Notes under the pieces: model-generated
Seen by the model: only the letters and a program-made list of their open reading frames with translations
Database searches by the model: none
What the model was told of the DNA's origin: nothing
Part shown: piece by piece, positions 24,190 to 38,664 of the stretch
Layout: every line of letters starts with the position of its first letter
Position numbering within the stretch: position 1 is the first letter of the stretch
Origin: Tubulanus polymorphus
Taxonomy: Eukaryota; Animalia; Nemertea
Length of the DNA stretch: 64,000 nt
Assembly: GCF_964204645.1 (NCBI RefSeq)
Contig: NC_134034.1
Coordinates: forward strand, 310,001 to 374,000
Direction: 5' to 3'
Made by a program: the position numbers and the translations under genes

Positions 24190-27100
24190 GAAGGAGGTCA
24201 TCAGTGTTGTAACGCACTGACAATTCTGTTCATTAGTCACGTTTCTACATGACAGTTGAAGCAGGAAGGAGGAGACTCCTGAACTCAATATCACCCCAAA
24301 ACAGAGTGTATCAATTAAGCAGCTGTATTAAAGGAGTTCATCAGTGTTGTAACGCACTGACAATTCTGTTTGTTTGTCATGTTCTACATGACAGTTGAAG
24401 AAGGAAGGAGGAGACTCCTGCACTCAATATCACCCCAAAACAGATTGTATCAATTAAGCAGCTGTATTAAAGGAGTTCATCAGTGTTGTAACGCACTGAC
24501 AATTCTGTTTGTTTGTCACGTTTCTATATGACAGTTAACAACCTTCAGGTGCAAGGAACCAAAGTGAAGCAATCAAACAAAAGCATCTTTGAGTATAACA
24601 CTTTTAAAATGCGAAATGTGATAATAATTTGCTGATACAGTATACACAGAGAACCAACACCAGCATTATTTCAATGATTCAACCACCACAAAGCTATCGA
24701 TGGATAGCTGTTTTGAATATTTATACATTTAAAATGTAAAGTCGCAATAAGGACGATCAGGAAACATAATCAATCCCATTTCACCGACATATATTACAAT
24801 ATATACAATGTACCAACACCAGCGACATTTCAATGATTCAGCCACCACAAAGCTATCGATGGATAGCTGCTTTGAATATTTATACATTTAAAACGCTAAG
24901 TCGCAAAAAAGACAATCACAAAATATGATCAATCCCATTTCACCGACATATTACAATATATACAATTTACCAACACCAGCGACATTTCAAAGATTCAACC
25001 ACCACAAAGCTATCGATGGATAGCTGCTTTGAATATTTATACATTTAAAACGCTAAGTCGCAAAAAAGACAATCACAAAATATGATCAATCCCATTTCAC
25101 CGACATATTACAATATATACAATTTACCAACACCAGCGACATTTCAAAGATTCAGCCACCACAAAGCTATCGATGGATAGCTGTTTTGAATATTTATACA
25201 TTTAAAACGTTAAGTCGCAATAAGGATGCTCACGGAGCAAAACTTGCCAAAACTCAATATCACCCCATAACAGAGTGTATTAATTAACACGCAGCAGCAA
25301 GCAGCAGTATTTAAGGAGGTCATCAGTGTTGTACCACACTGAAAATTCAGTTTGTTTGTCACGTTTCTACATGACAGTTGAAGAAGGAAGGAGGAGACTC
25401 CTGCACTCAATATCACCCCAAAACAGAGCCAGCAGCAAGCAGCAGTATTTAAGGAGGATGATTCATGATGTTATAATGTTTAATGTAATAATTCTTATAG
25501 TAATAATGTTTAATGTAATAATTCAAGAAGTTCATGGAAGGTGGTAAGAATTAACACCCAGCAGCAAGCAGCAGTATCAAAGGAGGTCATCAGTGTTGTA
25601 ACACACTGACAATTCAGTTCCTTTGTCACGTTTCTACTGACAGTTGAAGAAGGAAGGAGAAGACTCCTGAACTCAATATCACCCCAAAACAGAGCCAGCA
25701 GCAAGCAGCAGTATTTAAGGAGAATGATTCATGATGTTATAATGTTTAATGTAATAATTCTTATTGTAATAATGTTTAATGTAATAATTCAAGAAGTTCA
25801 TGGAAGGTGGTAAGAATTAACACCCAGCAGCAAGCAGCAGTATTAAAGGAGGTCATCAGTGTTGTAACGCACTGACAATTCAGTTCCTTTGTCACGTTTC
25901 TACATGACAGTTGAAGAAGGAAGGAGACTCCTGAACTCAATATCACCCCAAAACAGAGCCAGCAGCAAGCAGCAGTATTTAAGGAGGATGATTCATGATG
26001 TTATAATGTTTAATGTAATAATTCTTATTGTAATAATGTTTAATGTAATAATTCAAGAAGTTCATGGAAGGTGGTAAGAATTAACACCCAGCAGCAAGCA
26101 GCAGCATTAAAGGAGGTCATCAGTGTTGTAACGCACTGACAATTCAGTTCCTTTGTCACGTTTCTACATGACAGTTGAAGAAGGAAGGAGGAGACTCCTG
26201 ACCTCAATATCACCCCAAAACAGAGTGTATCAATTAACACCCAGCAGCAAGCAGCAGTATTAAAGGAGGTCATCAGTCTTGTAACACACTGACAAATCAG
26301 TTTGTTTGTCACGTTTCTATATGACAGTTAACAACCTTCAGGTGCAAGGAACCAAAGTGAAGCAATCAAACAAAAGCATCTTTGAGTATAACACTTTTAA
26401 AATGCGAAATGTGATAATAATTTGCTGATACAGTATACACAGAGAACCAACACCAGCATTATTTCAATGATTCAACCACCACAAAGCTATCGATGGATAG
26501 CTGTTTTGAATATTTATACATTTAAAATGTAAAGTCGCAATAAGGACGATCAGGAAACATAATCAGTCCCAATTCACCGACATATATTACAATATATACA
26601 ATGTACCAACACCAGCGACATTTCAAAGATTCAACCACCACAAAGCTATCAATGGATAGCTGCTTTGAATATTTATACATTTAAAACGCTAAGTCGCAAA
26701 AAAGACGATCACAAAATATGATCAATCCCATTTCACCGACATATATTACAATATACACAATGTACCAACACCAGCGACATTTCAAAGATTCAACCACCAC
26801 AAAGCTATCGATGGATAGCTGTTTTGAATATTTATACATTTAAAACGTAAAGTCGCAATAAGGACAATCACAAAACATGATCAATCCCATTTCACCGACA
26901 TATATTACAATATATACAATGTACCAACACCAGCGACATTTCAAAGATTCAACCACCACAAAGCTATCGATGGATAGCTGCTTTGAATATTTATACATTT
27001 AAAACGTAAAGTCGCAAAAAAGACAATCACAAAATATGATCAATCCCATTTCACCGACATATTACAATATATACAATTTACCAACACCAGCGACATTTCA

Positions 27101-30100
27101 AAGATTCAACCACCACAAAGCTATCGATGGATAGCTGCTTTGAATATTTATACATTTAAAACGCTAAGTTGCAAAAAAGACAATCACAAAATATGATCAA
27201 TCCCATTTCACCGACATATTACAATATATACAATTTACCAACACCAGCGACATTTCAAAGATTCAACCACCACAAAGCTATCGATGGATAGCTGTTTTGA
27301 ATATTTATACATTTAAAACGTTAAGTCGCAATAAGGATGCTCACGGAGCAAAACTTGCCAAAACTCAATATCACCCCATAACAGAGTGTATTAATTAACA
27401 CGCAGCAGCAAGCAGCAGTATTTAAGGAGGTCATCAGTGTTGTACCACACTGAAAATTCAGTTTGTTTGTCACGTTTCTACATGACAGTTGAAGAAGGAA
27501 GGAGGAGACTCCTGCACTCAATATCACCCCAAAACAGAGCCAGCAGCAAGCAGCAGTATTTAAGGAGGATGATTCATGATGTTATAATGTTTAATGTAAT
27601 AATTCTTATTGTAATAATGTTTAATGTAATAATTCAAGAAGTTCATGGAAGGTGGTAAGAATTAACACCCAGCAGCAAGCAGCAGTATTAAAGGAGGTCA
27701 TCAGTGTTGTAACGCACTGACAATTCAGTTCCTTTGTCACGTTTCTACATGACAGTTGAAGAAGGAAGGAGACTCCTGAACTCAATATCACCCCAAAACA
27801 GAGCCAGCAGCAAGCAGCAGTATTTAAGGAGGATGATTCATGATGTTATAATGTTTAATGTAATAATTCTTATTGTAATAATGTTTAATGTAATAATTCA
27901 AGAAGTTCATGGAAGGTGGTAAGAATTAACACCCAGCAGCAAGCAGCAGCATTAAAGGAGGTCATCAGTGTTGTAACGCACTGACAATTCAGTTCCTTTG
28001 TCACGTTTCTACATGACAGTTGAAGAAGGAAGGAGGAGACTCCTGACCTCAATATCACCCCAAAACAGAGTGTATCAATTAACACCCAGCAGCAAGCAGC
28101 AGTATTAAAGGAGGTCATCAGTCTTGTAACACACTGACAAATCAGTTTGTTTGTCACGTTTCTATATGACAGTTAACAACCTTCAGGTGCAAGGAACCAA
28201 AGTGAAGCAATCAAACAAAAGCATCTTTGAGTATAACACTTTTAAAATGCGAAATGTGATAATAATTTGCTGATACAGTATACACAGAGAACCAACACCA
28301 GCATTATTTCAATGATTCAACCACCACAAAGCTATCGATGGATAGCTGTTTTGAATATTTATACATTTAAAATGTAAAGTCGCAATAAGGACGATCAGGA
28401 AACATAATCAGTCCCAATTCACCGACATATATTACAATATATACAATGTACCAACACCAGCGACATTTCAAAGATTCAACCACCACAAAGCTATCAATGG
28501 ATAGCTGTTTTGAATATTTATACATTTAAAACGCTAAGTCGCAAAAAAGAGGATCACAAAATATGATCAACCCCATTTCACCGACATATATTACAATATA
28601 TACAATGTACCAACACCAGCGACATTTCAAAGATTCAACCACCACAAAGCTATCAATGGATAGCTGTTTTGAATATTTATACATTTAAAACGCTAAGTCG
28701 CAAAAAAGACGATCACAAAATATGATCAATCCCATTTCACCGACATATTACAATATATACAATGTACCAACACCAGCGACATTTCAAAGATTAAACCACC
28801 ACAAAGCTATCGATGGATAGCTGTTTTGAATATTCATATATTTAAAATGTTAAGTCGCAATAAGGACGATTAGGAAACATAATCATCCCAATTCACCGAC
28901 ATATATTACAATATATACACACAGAACCAACACCAGCGACATTTCAATGATTCAACCACCACAAAGCTATCGATGAATAGCTGCTTTGAATATTTATACA
29001 TTTAAAACGTAAAGTCGCAAAAAGGACAATCACAAAACATGATCAATCCCATTTCACCGACATATTACAATATATACAATGTACCAACACCAGCGACATT
29101 TCAAAGATTCAACCACCACAAAGCTATCGATGGATAGCTGCTTTGAATATTTATACATTTAAAACGTAAAGTCGCAATAAGGACAATCACAAAACATGAT
29201 CAACCCCATTTCACCGTTATATATTACAATATATACAATGTACCAACACCAGCGACATTTCAAAGATTCAACCACCACAAAGCTATCGATGGATAGCTGC
29301 TTTGAATATTTATACATTTAAAACGTAAAGTCGCAATAAGGACAATCACAAAACATGATCAATCCCATTTCACCGACATATATTACAATATATACAATGT
29401 ACCAACACCAGCGACATTTCAAAGATTCAACCACCACAAAGCTATCGATGGATAGCTGCTTTGAATATTTATACATTTAAAACGTAAAGTCGCAATAAGG
29501 ATGCTCAGGGAGCAAAACTCGCCAACACTCAATATCACCCCATAACAGAGTGTATTAATTAGCACGCAGCACCAAGCAGCAGTATTAAAGGTAGTCATCA
29601 GTGTTGTAACACACTGACAATTCAGTTTGTAAGTCACGTTTCTACATGACAGTTGAAGAAGGAAGGAGGAGACTCCTGCACTCAATATCACCCCTGAACA
29701 GAGTGTATTAATTAACACCCAGCAGCAAGCAGCAGTATTAAAGGAGGTCATCAATGTTGTAACGCACTGACAATTCAGTTTGTAAGTCACGTTTCTACAT
29801 GACACTTGAAGAAGGAAGGAGGAGACTCCTGCACTCAATATCACCCCTGAACAGAGTGTATCAATTAGCACCCAGCACCAAGCAGCAGTATTAAAGGAGG
29901 TCATCAGTGATGTAACACACTGACAATTCAGTTTGTAAGTCACGTTTCTACATGACAGTTGAAGAAGGAAGGAGGAGACTCCTGCACTCAATATCACCCC
30001 TGAACAGAGTGTATTTATTAACACCCAGCAGCAAGCAGCAGTATTAAAGGAGGTCATCAGTCTTGTTCCACACTGACAATTCAGTTTGCTTGTCACGTTT

Positions 30101-31780
30101 CTACATGACAGTTGAAGAAGGAAGGAGGAGACTCCTGCACTCAATATCACCCCTGAACAGAGTGTATTAATTAACACCCAGCAGCAAGCAGCAGTTTTTA
30201 AGGAGGTCATCAGTGTTGTAACGCACTGACAATTCAGTTTGTAAGTCACGTTTCTACATGACAGTTGAAGAAGGAAGGAGGAGACTCCTGCACTCAATAT
30301 CACCCCTGAACAGAGTGTATCAATTAACACCCAGCAGCAAGCAGCAGTATTAAAGGAGGTCATCAGTGTTGTAACACACTGACAATTCAGTTTGTAAGTC
30401 ACGTTTCTACATGACAGTTGAAGAAGGAAGGAGGAGACTCCTGCACTCAATATCACCCCTGAACAGAGTGTATTTATTAACACCCAGCAGCAAGCAGCAG
30501 TATTAAAGGAGGTCATCAGTCTTGTTCCACACTGACAATTCAGTTTGCTTGTCACGTTTCTACATGACAGTTGAAGAAGGAAGGAGGAGACTCCTGCACT
30601 CAATATCACCCCTGAACAGAGTGTATTAATTAACACCCAGCAGCAAGCAGCAGTATTAAAGGAGGCCATCAGTGTTGTAACGCACTGACAATTCAGTTCC
30701 TTTGTCACGTTTCTACATGACAGTTGAAGAAGGAAGGAGGAGACCCCTGAACTCAATATCACCCCAAAACAGAGCCAGCAGCAAGCAGCAGTATTCAAGG
30801 AGGATGATTCATGATGTTATAATGTTTAATGTAATAATTCTTATTGTAATAATATTTAATGTAATAATTCAAGAAGTTCATGGAAGGTGGTAAGAATTAA
30901 CACGCAGCAGCAAGCAGCAGTATTAAAGGAGGCCATCAGTGTTGTAACGCACTGACAATTCAGTTCCTTTGTCACGTTTCTACATGACAGTTGAAGAAGG
31001 AAGGAGGAGACCCCTGAACTCAATATCACCCCAAAACAGAGCCAGCAGCAAGCAGCAGTATTCAAGGAGGATGATTCATGATGTTATAATGTTTAATGTA
31101 ATAATTCTTATTGTAATAATGTTTAATGTAATAATTCAAGAAGTTCATGGAAGGTGGTAAGAATTAACACCCAGCAGCAAGCAGCAGTATTAAAGGAGGT
31201 CATCAGTGTTGTAACGCACTGACAATTCAGTTCCTTTGTCACGTTTCTACATGACAGTTGAAGAAGGAAGGAGACTCCTGAACTCAATATCACCCCAAAA
31301 CAGAGCCAGCAGCAAGCAGCAGTATTCAAGGAGGATGATTCATGATGTTATAATGTTTAATGTAATAATTCTTATTGTAATAATGTTTAATGTAATAATT
31401 CAAGAAGTTCATGGAAGGTGGTAAGAATTAACACCCAGCAGCAAGCAGCAGTATTAAAGGAGGACATCAGTGTTGTAACGCACTGATAATTCATTTTGTA
31501 AGTCACGTTTCTACATGACAGTTGAAGAAGGAAGGAGGAGACTCCTGCACTCAATATCACTCCAAAACAGAGTGTATTAATTAACACCCAGCAGCAAGCA
31601 GCAGTATTAAAGGAGGTCATCAGTGTTGTTACGCACTGACAATTCAGTATTTTGTCACGTTTCTACATGACAGTTGAAGAAGGAAGGAGGAGACTCCTGA
31701 ACTCAATATCACTCCAAAACAGAGTGTATTAATTAACACCCAGCACCAAGCAGCAGTATTAAAGGAGGTCATCAGTTATA
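24190..31780. repeat. Complex satellite with higher-order organisation
   Basis: Monomers A (153 bp), A' (267 bp) and B (~157-159 bp, containing the near-palindrome agctatcgatggatagct). A unique marker ttaacaaccttcaggtgcaagg recurs at ~24535, 26328 and 28173 (~1.8 kb period). Confidence 0.95.
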
Positions 31781-32890
31781 AATTAGCAGTGATTCACCCA
31801 CAGTGTTTTTGTAACACTTAACTTTCATCACCACCGATTGATTTAGCAGTAAATTACACAGTGTTTTGTAACACTTAACTTTCATCACCACCAGTAATTG
31901 ATCCATAGTTTGAAATTGCTCATTGATTGCAGCGCATTTCAAACTTTTCTATTGAGGAAACCACAGCAAAAAACTAAATGTATATAAAAAAGGAGTGTCT
32001 TATTTAATTTTTGATGAGAGAGGAGAGAGAGGAGAGGAGGCATGTACACCTAACACAACGTTTAAAACTCAATATCACAACCAAAACAGTTGAATGATAG
32101 CAAGCATCAGCAACATGAAGTTTTCAAATAAGGAAGTAATCCTTATTGTAAGTCACATCTATTTGACAATTCAAGAAGGCAAGGGAAGGAGAAGAGACTC
32201 CAAAACTCAATATCACCCCTAGAACAGAGTGGAATGAGCAACATGCAGTAGCAAACAACAGTATTTGCCGTAGTAGCAAACAACAGTATTTGCCGTTTTT
32301 AAAGGAGAAGAAAGGAGTATCTTCTGTATTTGATACTCGTTTGATGTCACAGCAAGGCCATTACCGGGAGTTATAGAGAACAAAAGGAGAAGCCATGCCA
32401 CCACAAGATTTTAATTGTCTATGATTTTGATATTGTATATAAAAATGGCACGATATATCACCTCGTAGCAGAGGAAGGAGGTAGAACAAACCACAAGATC
32501 AGTACATCTATCAATGTTTCATTATATGTATCATTGTTTCAAGACACCAACTTTCAGTGTTTTGTAACACTTAACTTTTATCACCACCAATTAATTTAGC
32601 AGTAATTCACATTTCGTGATGAGAGAGGAGAGAGAGGAGTCTTGTAGGAAATGTAGCGATACACCTATCAAAGCTTTTTTACAAATGCAAATCAGTTTAT
32701 TCTAGACTATGGACGTTTGTTGCTGGAGGAGACAAACTGTATTCCAAATTGAAACCCTTATCCCTTTTAGCTTTTTCTTAGAGAGATCGAACCCACAAAA
32801 CGTCTGGCAAAGGCTTCAAACATTTTCATAACTGTTCGTGTAGAACCAATGACAAAACAAGCACTTATCATCATCAAACAAAAGCTGAAA

Positions 32891-33910
32891 ACTGCAACCA
32901 GTGAGGGGAAGTATGCACAATCAATGAGATGATTGTTCATAGCTGCAACCAATGGAGTGAACTGTGACCAGTGAGGGGAAGTATGCACAATCGATGAGAT
33001 GATTGTTCATAGCTGCAACCAATGGAGTGAACTGCAACCAGTGAGGGGAAGTATGCACAATCGATGAGATGATTGTTCATAGCTGCAACCAATGGAGTGA
33101 ACTGCAACCAGTGAGGGGAAGTATGCACAATCGATGAGATGATTGTTCATAGCTGCAACCAATGGAGTGAACTGCAACCAGTGAGGGGAAGTATGCACAA
33201 TCGATGAGATGATTGTTCATAGCTGCAACAAATCAAGTGAACTGCAACCAGTGAGGGGAAGTATGCACAATCGATGAGATGATTGTTCATAGCTGCAACC
33301 AATAGAGTGAACTGCAACCAGTGAGGGGGAGTATGCTCAATCAATGAGATGATTGTTCATAGCTGCAATCAATTGAGTGAACTGCAACCAGTGTCAGTGA
33401 GGGGAAAGTATGCACAATCAATGAGATGATTGTTCATAGCTGCAACCAATGGAGAGAACTGCAACCAGTGAGGGGAAATTACATTTCAAACCAGAGAGGG
33501 GAAATTAGCTCAATCATTGAGATGATTGTTCATAGCTGCAACCAATGAAGTTACAACCAGTGAGGGGAAAGTATGCACAATCAATGAGATGATTGTTCAT
33601 AGCTGCAACCAATCAAGTGACAACAAGTGAGGGGAAAGTATGTACAATCAATGAGATGATTGTTCGTAGCTGCAACCAATGAAGTGACAACCAGTAAGGG
33701 GGAGTATGAACAATCGATGAGATGATTGTTCATAGCTGCAACGAGTAGAGTGAACTGCAACCAGTGAGGGGAAATTATATTTCAAACCAGTGAGGGGAAA
33801 TTAGCTCAATCATTGAGATGATTGTTCATAGCTGCAACCGATGAAGTGACAACCAGTGAGGGGGAAGTATGCACAATCGATGAGATGATTTTTTTCATAA
33901 CTGCAACCAA
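32891..33910. repeat. 70-bp CCAAT-containing tandem array
   Basis: (gtgaggggaagtatgcacaatcgatgagatgattgttcatagctgcaaccaatggagtgaactgcaacca)n, degenerating rightwards. Confidence 0.95.
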
Positions 33911-34296
33911 TGATGGTAAAACATATTGCAAACCAGTAATGGTAAAGTACACTCAATCATTTACAAACAAGTGATAGTTAAATACTCTTGCAAGCTAACA
34001 GATCAGAGATCACAGGAAGCAACGTCACTCCAATCCTTATTTCTTGACATATGATATAAAATGCTCTTCAGCCTGTGACAAAATGTCTTCGATGTAATAC
34101 GCTTATTACTATATGCTTAACTAGAATCTTCTTTCAAATATTAAAGGAGGAGGGACTTATCTAACGTAATGGTATCAATGCTACGAATGTATGAAAAAAG
34201 TGAAAAGTAATAGTTTGAAACCAAGATTGAATGCATTCATTCTGTTGTATTGAATAAAGTGAGATCCGATGAAAATTATGAAAAAAGAAAAAAACA

Positions 34297-34780
34297 AACT
34301 ACTATCTACAAATTTACAATATCTACAAGAAAATTAAAAAGAGAAATAAAAACGACTATTTACAAATTTACAATATTTACAAAAGAAATAAAAACTACTA
34401 TTTACAAATTAACAATATTTACAAGAGAAATAAAAACTACTATTTACAAATTTACAATATTTACAAGATAGAGAGAGAGCGAAAGAGAGAGAGAGGAGAG
34501 TGAGGAGAGAGAGAGGAGGGAGAGAGGAGGAAGGATGAAGGAGAGGGGTGAGAGGAAGAAAGGAGAGAGAGGAGAGAGTTAGTGGGTTAAAGAAAGAGGA
34601 AGAGAGAGTTAGTGGGTTAAAGAAAGAGGGAGAGAGTTAGTGGGTTAGAGAAAGAGGAAGAGAGTTAGTGGGTTAGAGAGAGAGAGGGAAAGGAAAGAGA
34701 GAGGGAAAGGATAGAGACAGAGAGGGAAAGGATAGAGACAGAGAGGGAAAGGATAGAGAAAGGTAGAAAAGAAGGGATGA
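34297..34780. repeat. ~39-bp AT-rich repeat followed by GA-rich simple sequence
   Basis: (aaaactactatttacaaatttacaatatttacaagagaaat)n, then a polypurine tract. Confidence 0.8.
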
Positions 34781-34832
34781 TAAAAACGATAAAACATATG
34801 ATAAAAACAATAAAACATATGGGTAAAAACGG

Positions 34833-35189
34833 TTAAAAAGAGGCAGTTTAACGTCATACCACAGGACAAATAGATAAAAATCACTGATAAAATGTAGGGA
34901 TAAAACGTATTGTTAAAAAGAGGCAGTTTAACGTCATACCACAGGACAAATAGATAAAAATCACTGATAAAATGTATGGATAAAACGTATTGTTAAAAAG
35001 AGGCAGTTTAACGTCGTACCACAGGACAAATAGATAAAAATCACTGATAAAATGTATGGATAAAACGTATTGTTAAAATGAGGCAGTTTAACGTCGTACT
35101 ACAGGACAAATAGATAAAAATCACTGATAAAATGTATGGATAAAACGTATTGTTAAAATGAGGCAGTTTAACGTCGTACTACAGGACAA
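34833..35189. repeat. 80-bp tandem array (~4.5 copies)
   Basis: (ttaaaaagaggcagtttaacgtcataccacaggacaaatagataaaaatcactgataaaatgtatggataaaacgtattg)n. Confidence 0.9.
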
Positions 35190-36135
35190 CTTGAAAATAG
35201 AGGTAAACTAGCAATACTACTTATATGTTACTAGGTATTTTAGACAATTCTATAAAATTCTATAATTATCTCAACCTCTGCACTACCAAATATCAATTCG
35301 ACAAAAAGTCATCTTTGAAAACGTTCGTAAGAAATAAAACAACAAAACATAACGTAGCATTGAATTAATATTAATGTTATCAGAAGCTGAAAATCTGAAA
35401 TCAACCATCAGCCATAAATGAGGAGGCGGGACTAATGCAATGAAATAATATCAATGCTCCAAACTTATAGGTTAAAATCTCGTTAAAACGATAGATGCAA
35501 CAAGTGATATCAGTATCAAACTAAGATTGAATGCATTCATTCTGTTGTTTTGAATATTAAAATTAATCAATAGAATTAAAAATATTAATTATCAATTAAA
35601 TCTATATCAAAATTTGCACTAAAAAAGATTTGATGTATAGATATTATGAAGTTGAGAAAATTAAAAATTTAAGATTATATTTGAAATGTTTAAATAATCA
35701 TTAAAATCTTAAGTTAAAAAGATATCTAAAAATATTTACAAGTAGAAATCAAAATCAATAAAAAAAATCTAAAAAGTAATATAATATATACAAATAAAAA
35801 GCTATTCATAAATTTACTACATGTACAAGTACGGATAAAATGTGTCGATCAATTTGATGAAATATTTTATATTATTTGTGAATCATAATCGGAACCCAAG
35901 TGATTTCAGAATGGAATAACTGGGCCAGGCCAATCACTCACTCGATGATCATCAATTACTGGTACTACACAACCACAGAAAGAGTGGTTTTTACCGCGCG
36001 GTATATTAGGCCAGGTGCACCTCCCAATAATAATGCCGCCATTATGTTTGGCTTTTTGTGTGTTGATATGTACATCGATACATCCTCAATCACCAGGGTT
36101 TTATTGTCGCCCACCGAATTTCACGCTTACACAAG

Positions 36136-36374
36136 CCCTGGTCACAAACCCTTCATTGGTCTCTTACATTGTCCGAGATATCTCGAGTCGACAGGTTGCT
36201 GCTAAGCGTCCACTAGTCTTTACATCTAGTCAATCAGATGTGTAGCAAATCTGCCGGCGAAAAACAACGCATCTGATTGGCTAGATATATAGACTGGTGG
36301 CCTCTCAGTGGCAACCTGTCTACACAAGAAATCTTGAACAACGTAATAGACCAATGAAGAGTTTGCGACCGGGG
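36136..36374. other. Imperfect ~108-bp-arm inverted repeat with CCAAT/TATA-like motifs
   Basis: Left arm ccctggtcacaaacccttcattggtc...caatcagatgtgt aligns with the reverse complement of the right arm ccccggtcgcaaactcttcattggtc...ccaatcagatgcgt; ~23-nt spacer. Confidence 0.85.
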
Positions 36375-37375
36375 TTTGTCTTTGCATGAGCTTCGGCAGA
36401 CAACAATTACAACCTGGCAAGTGAGGATGGCATTGATATATATTGAATGAAAAAGCTGCATGTAAATATGAAATGTGTACGAGAACCTTGAAAGCAGTGA
36501 AAAAAGATATAAACTAGAGGTGCAGGGACACCATGCCCACTCGGTGAAATGCTTGACAATCTGACAATTTCAATATTCAATGCCCCCGGTAAACATAACA
36601 AAAACCAATGCTACAAATATGCAATTGATTGCGGTTATATGCATAAATACCAAAACTAATGGAAAAATTGTATGAATTAAATACCCCTGATGGGAAGAAT
36701 AGAAAATGGGGTAAGACTGGTCCTATGACAATGCTAACAATTATCAAACATCATGACTAAGTTAAAGCAACCCAATATTTCTAATTATGATGGGGGATAC
36801 ATATCGATATCAAACATCAAATGTTGGAGAAATCTTTGAAACCTCCCTTAAAAACTTCAAAACTGTGTAAAACTGCCGATTTTAGCGAACAAGAATGGCT
36901 ACCAGTCAGCCATCTTGATATTCTGCCAGTCGAATAACGGATGAAAAGTGAATACACTAGCCTGCTGGGACTCAAGTTAAGCTTAAAATCGATTAAAAAA
37001 ACACAACAAAATTTCAACAATATTTTAGAAAAAAAACTAGAATCTAGAGAAAGCAAAAAGTGAAAAGCCTAAAAACTAAATAAAAGTTTTCTAACAGTAA
37101 CGAAAAAATACTGATTTAAAATTCCATTGTTTCATTCATTTATAATCTATTTCAGCGTAAAACCCTACATCCCTAAAATTAAGATAACATTAAAGATTAC
37201 GTTTCAATGACCTGAGAGTATTGTATTATTAATCAATCTAATTAACTGCAAGTTCATCAAACAATAAAAAACCTAATCATCTACTCTATAACTAGTGATG
37301 TTACTTTCAATAACAAGAAAACAGGGGGGGGGGGGGTAAAAAAACTGGTGTTAATGCTAAAATATCCTCAATGAA

Positions 37376-38035
37376 CTGAGAGTAATTTCATCAATGATGA
37401 ATTTACCCTCAGTTCATTCATTGTTTTAATGATGATCCTGAGAGTGATTTCAACAATGATGAATTTACCCTCAGTTCATTCATTGTTTTAATGATGATCC
37501 TGAGAGTGATTTCAACAATGATGAATTTACCCTCAGTTCATTCATTGTTTTAATGATGATCCTGAGAGTGATTTCAACAATGATGAATTTACCCTCAGTT
37601 CATTCATTGTTTTAATGATGATCCTGAGAGTAATTTCAACAATGATGAATTTACCCTCAGTTCATTCATTGTTTTAATGATGATCCTGAGAGTGATTTCA
37701 ACAATGATGAATTTACCCTCAGTTCATTCATTGTTTTAATGATGATCCTGAGAGTGATTTCAACAATGATGAATTTACCCTCAGTTCATTCATTGTTTTA
37801 ATGATGATCCTGAGAGTGATTTCAACAATGATGAATTTACCCTCAGTTCATTCATTGTTTTAATGATGATCCTGAGAGTGATTTCAACAATGATGAATTT
37901 ACCCTCAGTTCATTCATTGTTTTAATGATGATCCTGAGAGTAATTTCAACAATGATGAATTCCCCTCAGTTCATTCATTGTTTTAATGATGATCCTGAAA
38001 GTAATTTCAACAATGCTGAATTTACCCTCAGTTCA
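37376..38035. repeat. 62-bp tandem array (~10 copies)
   Basis: (ctgagagtgatttcaacaatgatgaatttaccctcagttcattcattgttttaatgatgatc)n. Confidence 0.95.
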
Positions 38036-38493
38036 TCACATTCTAAGATGTTACTATTTTATTCAGTGAAAATCTCTGAACCGCATAAAAAAGGAGATCT
38101 TAAACGGGATTATTGATTAATAACCTGAGTGTAACTTATCATAAGATAAATTGACCCTCAGTTTATCAGAGGTTTATACTTTATTTAAGTTAACAGCTAT
38201 AGTTAAAACTTGACCTAAATGAACTAAAACTTTAACTAAATTAGACTTAAATCAACTGGAACGAATTAAATTCATAAACAGCGAAAATTACTAAAATAAC
38301 TAAACAAAAACCAACTAATCTAAACTAAGGTTAACTTGAAACCAAAGTTTTAATATCTAGTTTAAAACGCACTAGTGATTAATCATAAACATCATGCTCA
38401 CAATTTAACAAGACCCAGTTCCACAGTTATGCAACAAATATGTATTTAAATTCTTGTATCCAAATCAAACTGTGGAACTGAGTCCTGTATTGT

Positions 38494-38664
38494 ATGGAAC
38501 GAGATAAATGAAAAACAATCTGAGTGTATTTTTCATATGATGTTTTCAGTCATACATTTTCTTGAGATGACATCAAATTAAAAATTCAAAATTTCATACG
38601 ACGGGACGCTGAAAATATCATGTGAAAAATACACTCAGACTGTTTTTTATTCATCGCATTCCAT
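38494..38664. mobile_element. Foldback/MITE with ~55-bp TIRs
   Basis: atggaa..aaaaacaatctgagtgtatttttcatatgatgttttcag ... ctgaaaatatcatgtgaaaaatacactcagactgtttttt..ttccat. Confidence 0.55.

Noticed and set aside
29590-30700. Hammerhead-ribozyme-like CTGATGA...GAAAC in the satellite A minus strand
   Set aside because: Stem II lacks a closing pair (C versus A) and spans ~100 nt, and the would-be cleavage triplet is GUG. An Infernal search with hammerhead models would be decisive.
29419-30798. 459-aa Cys-rich ORF with 51-aa repeats
   Set aside because: It is the translation of the 153-bp satellite monomer (a multiple of 3). Homologous monomers elsewhere in the array are frameshifted or stopped, the start is non-ATG, and there are no splice or promoter signals.
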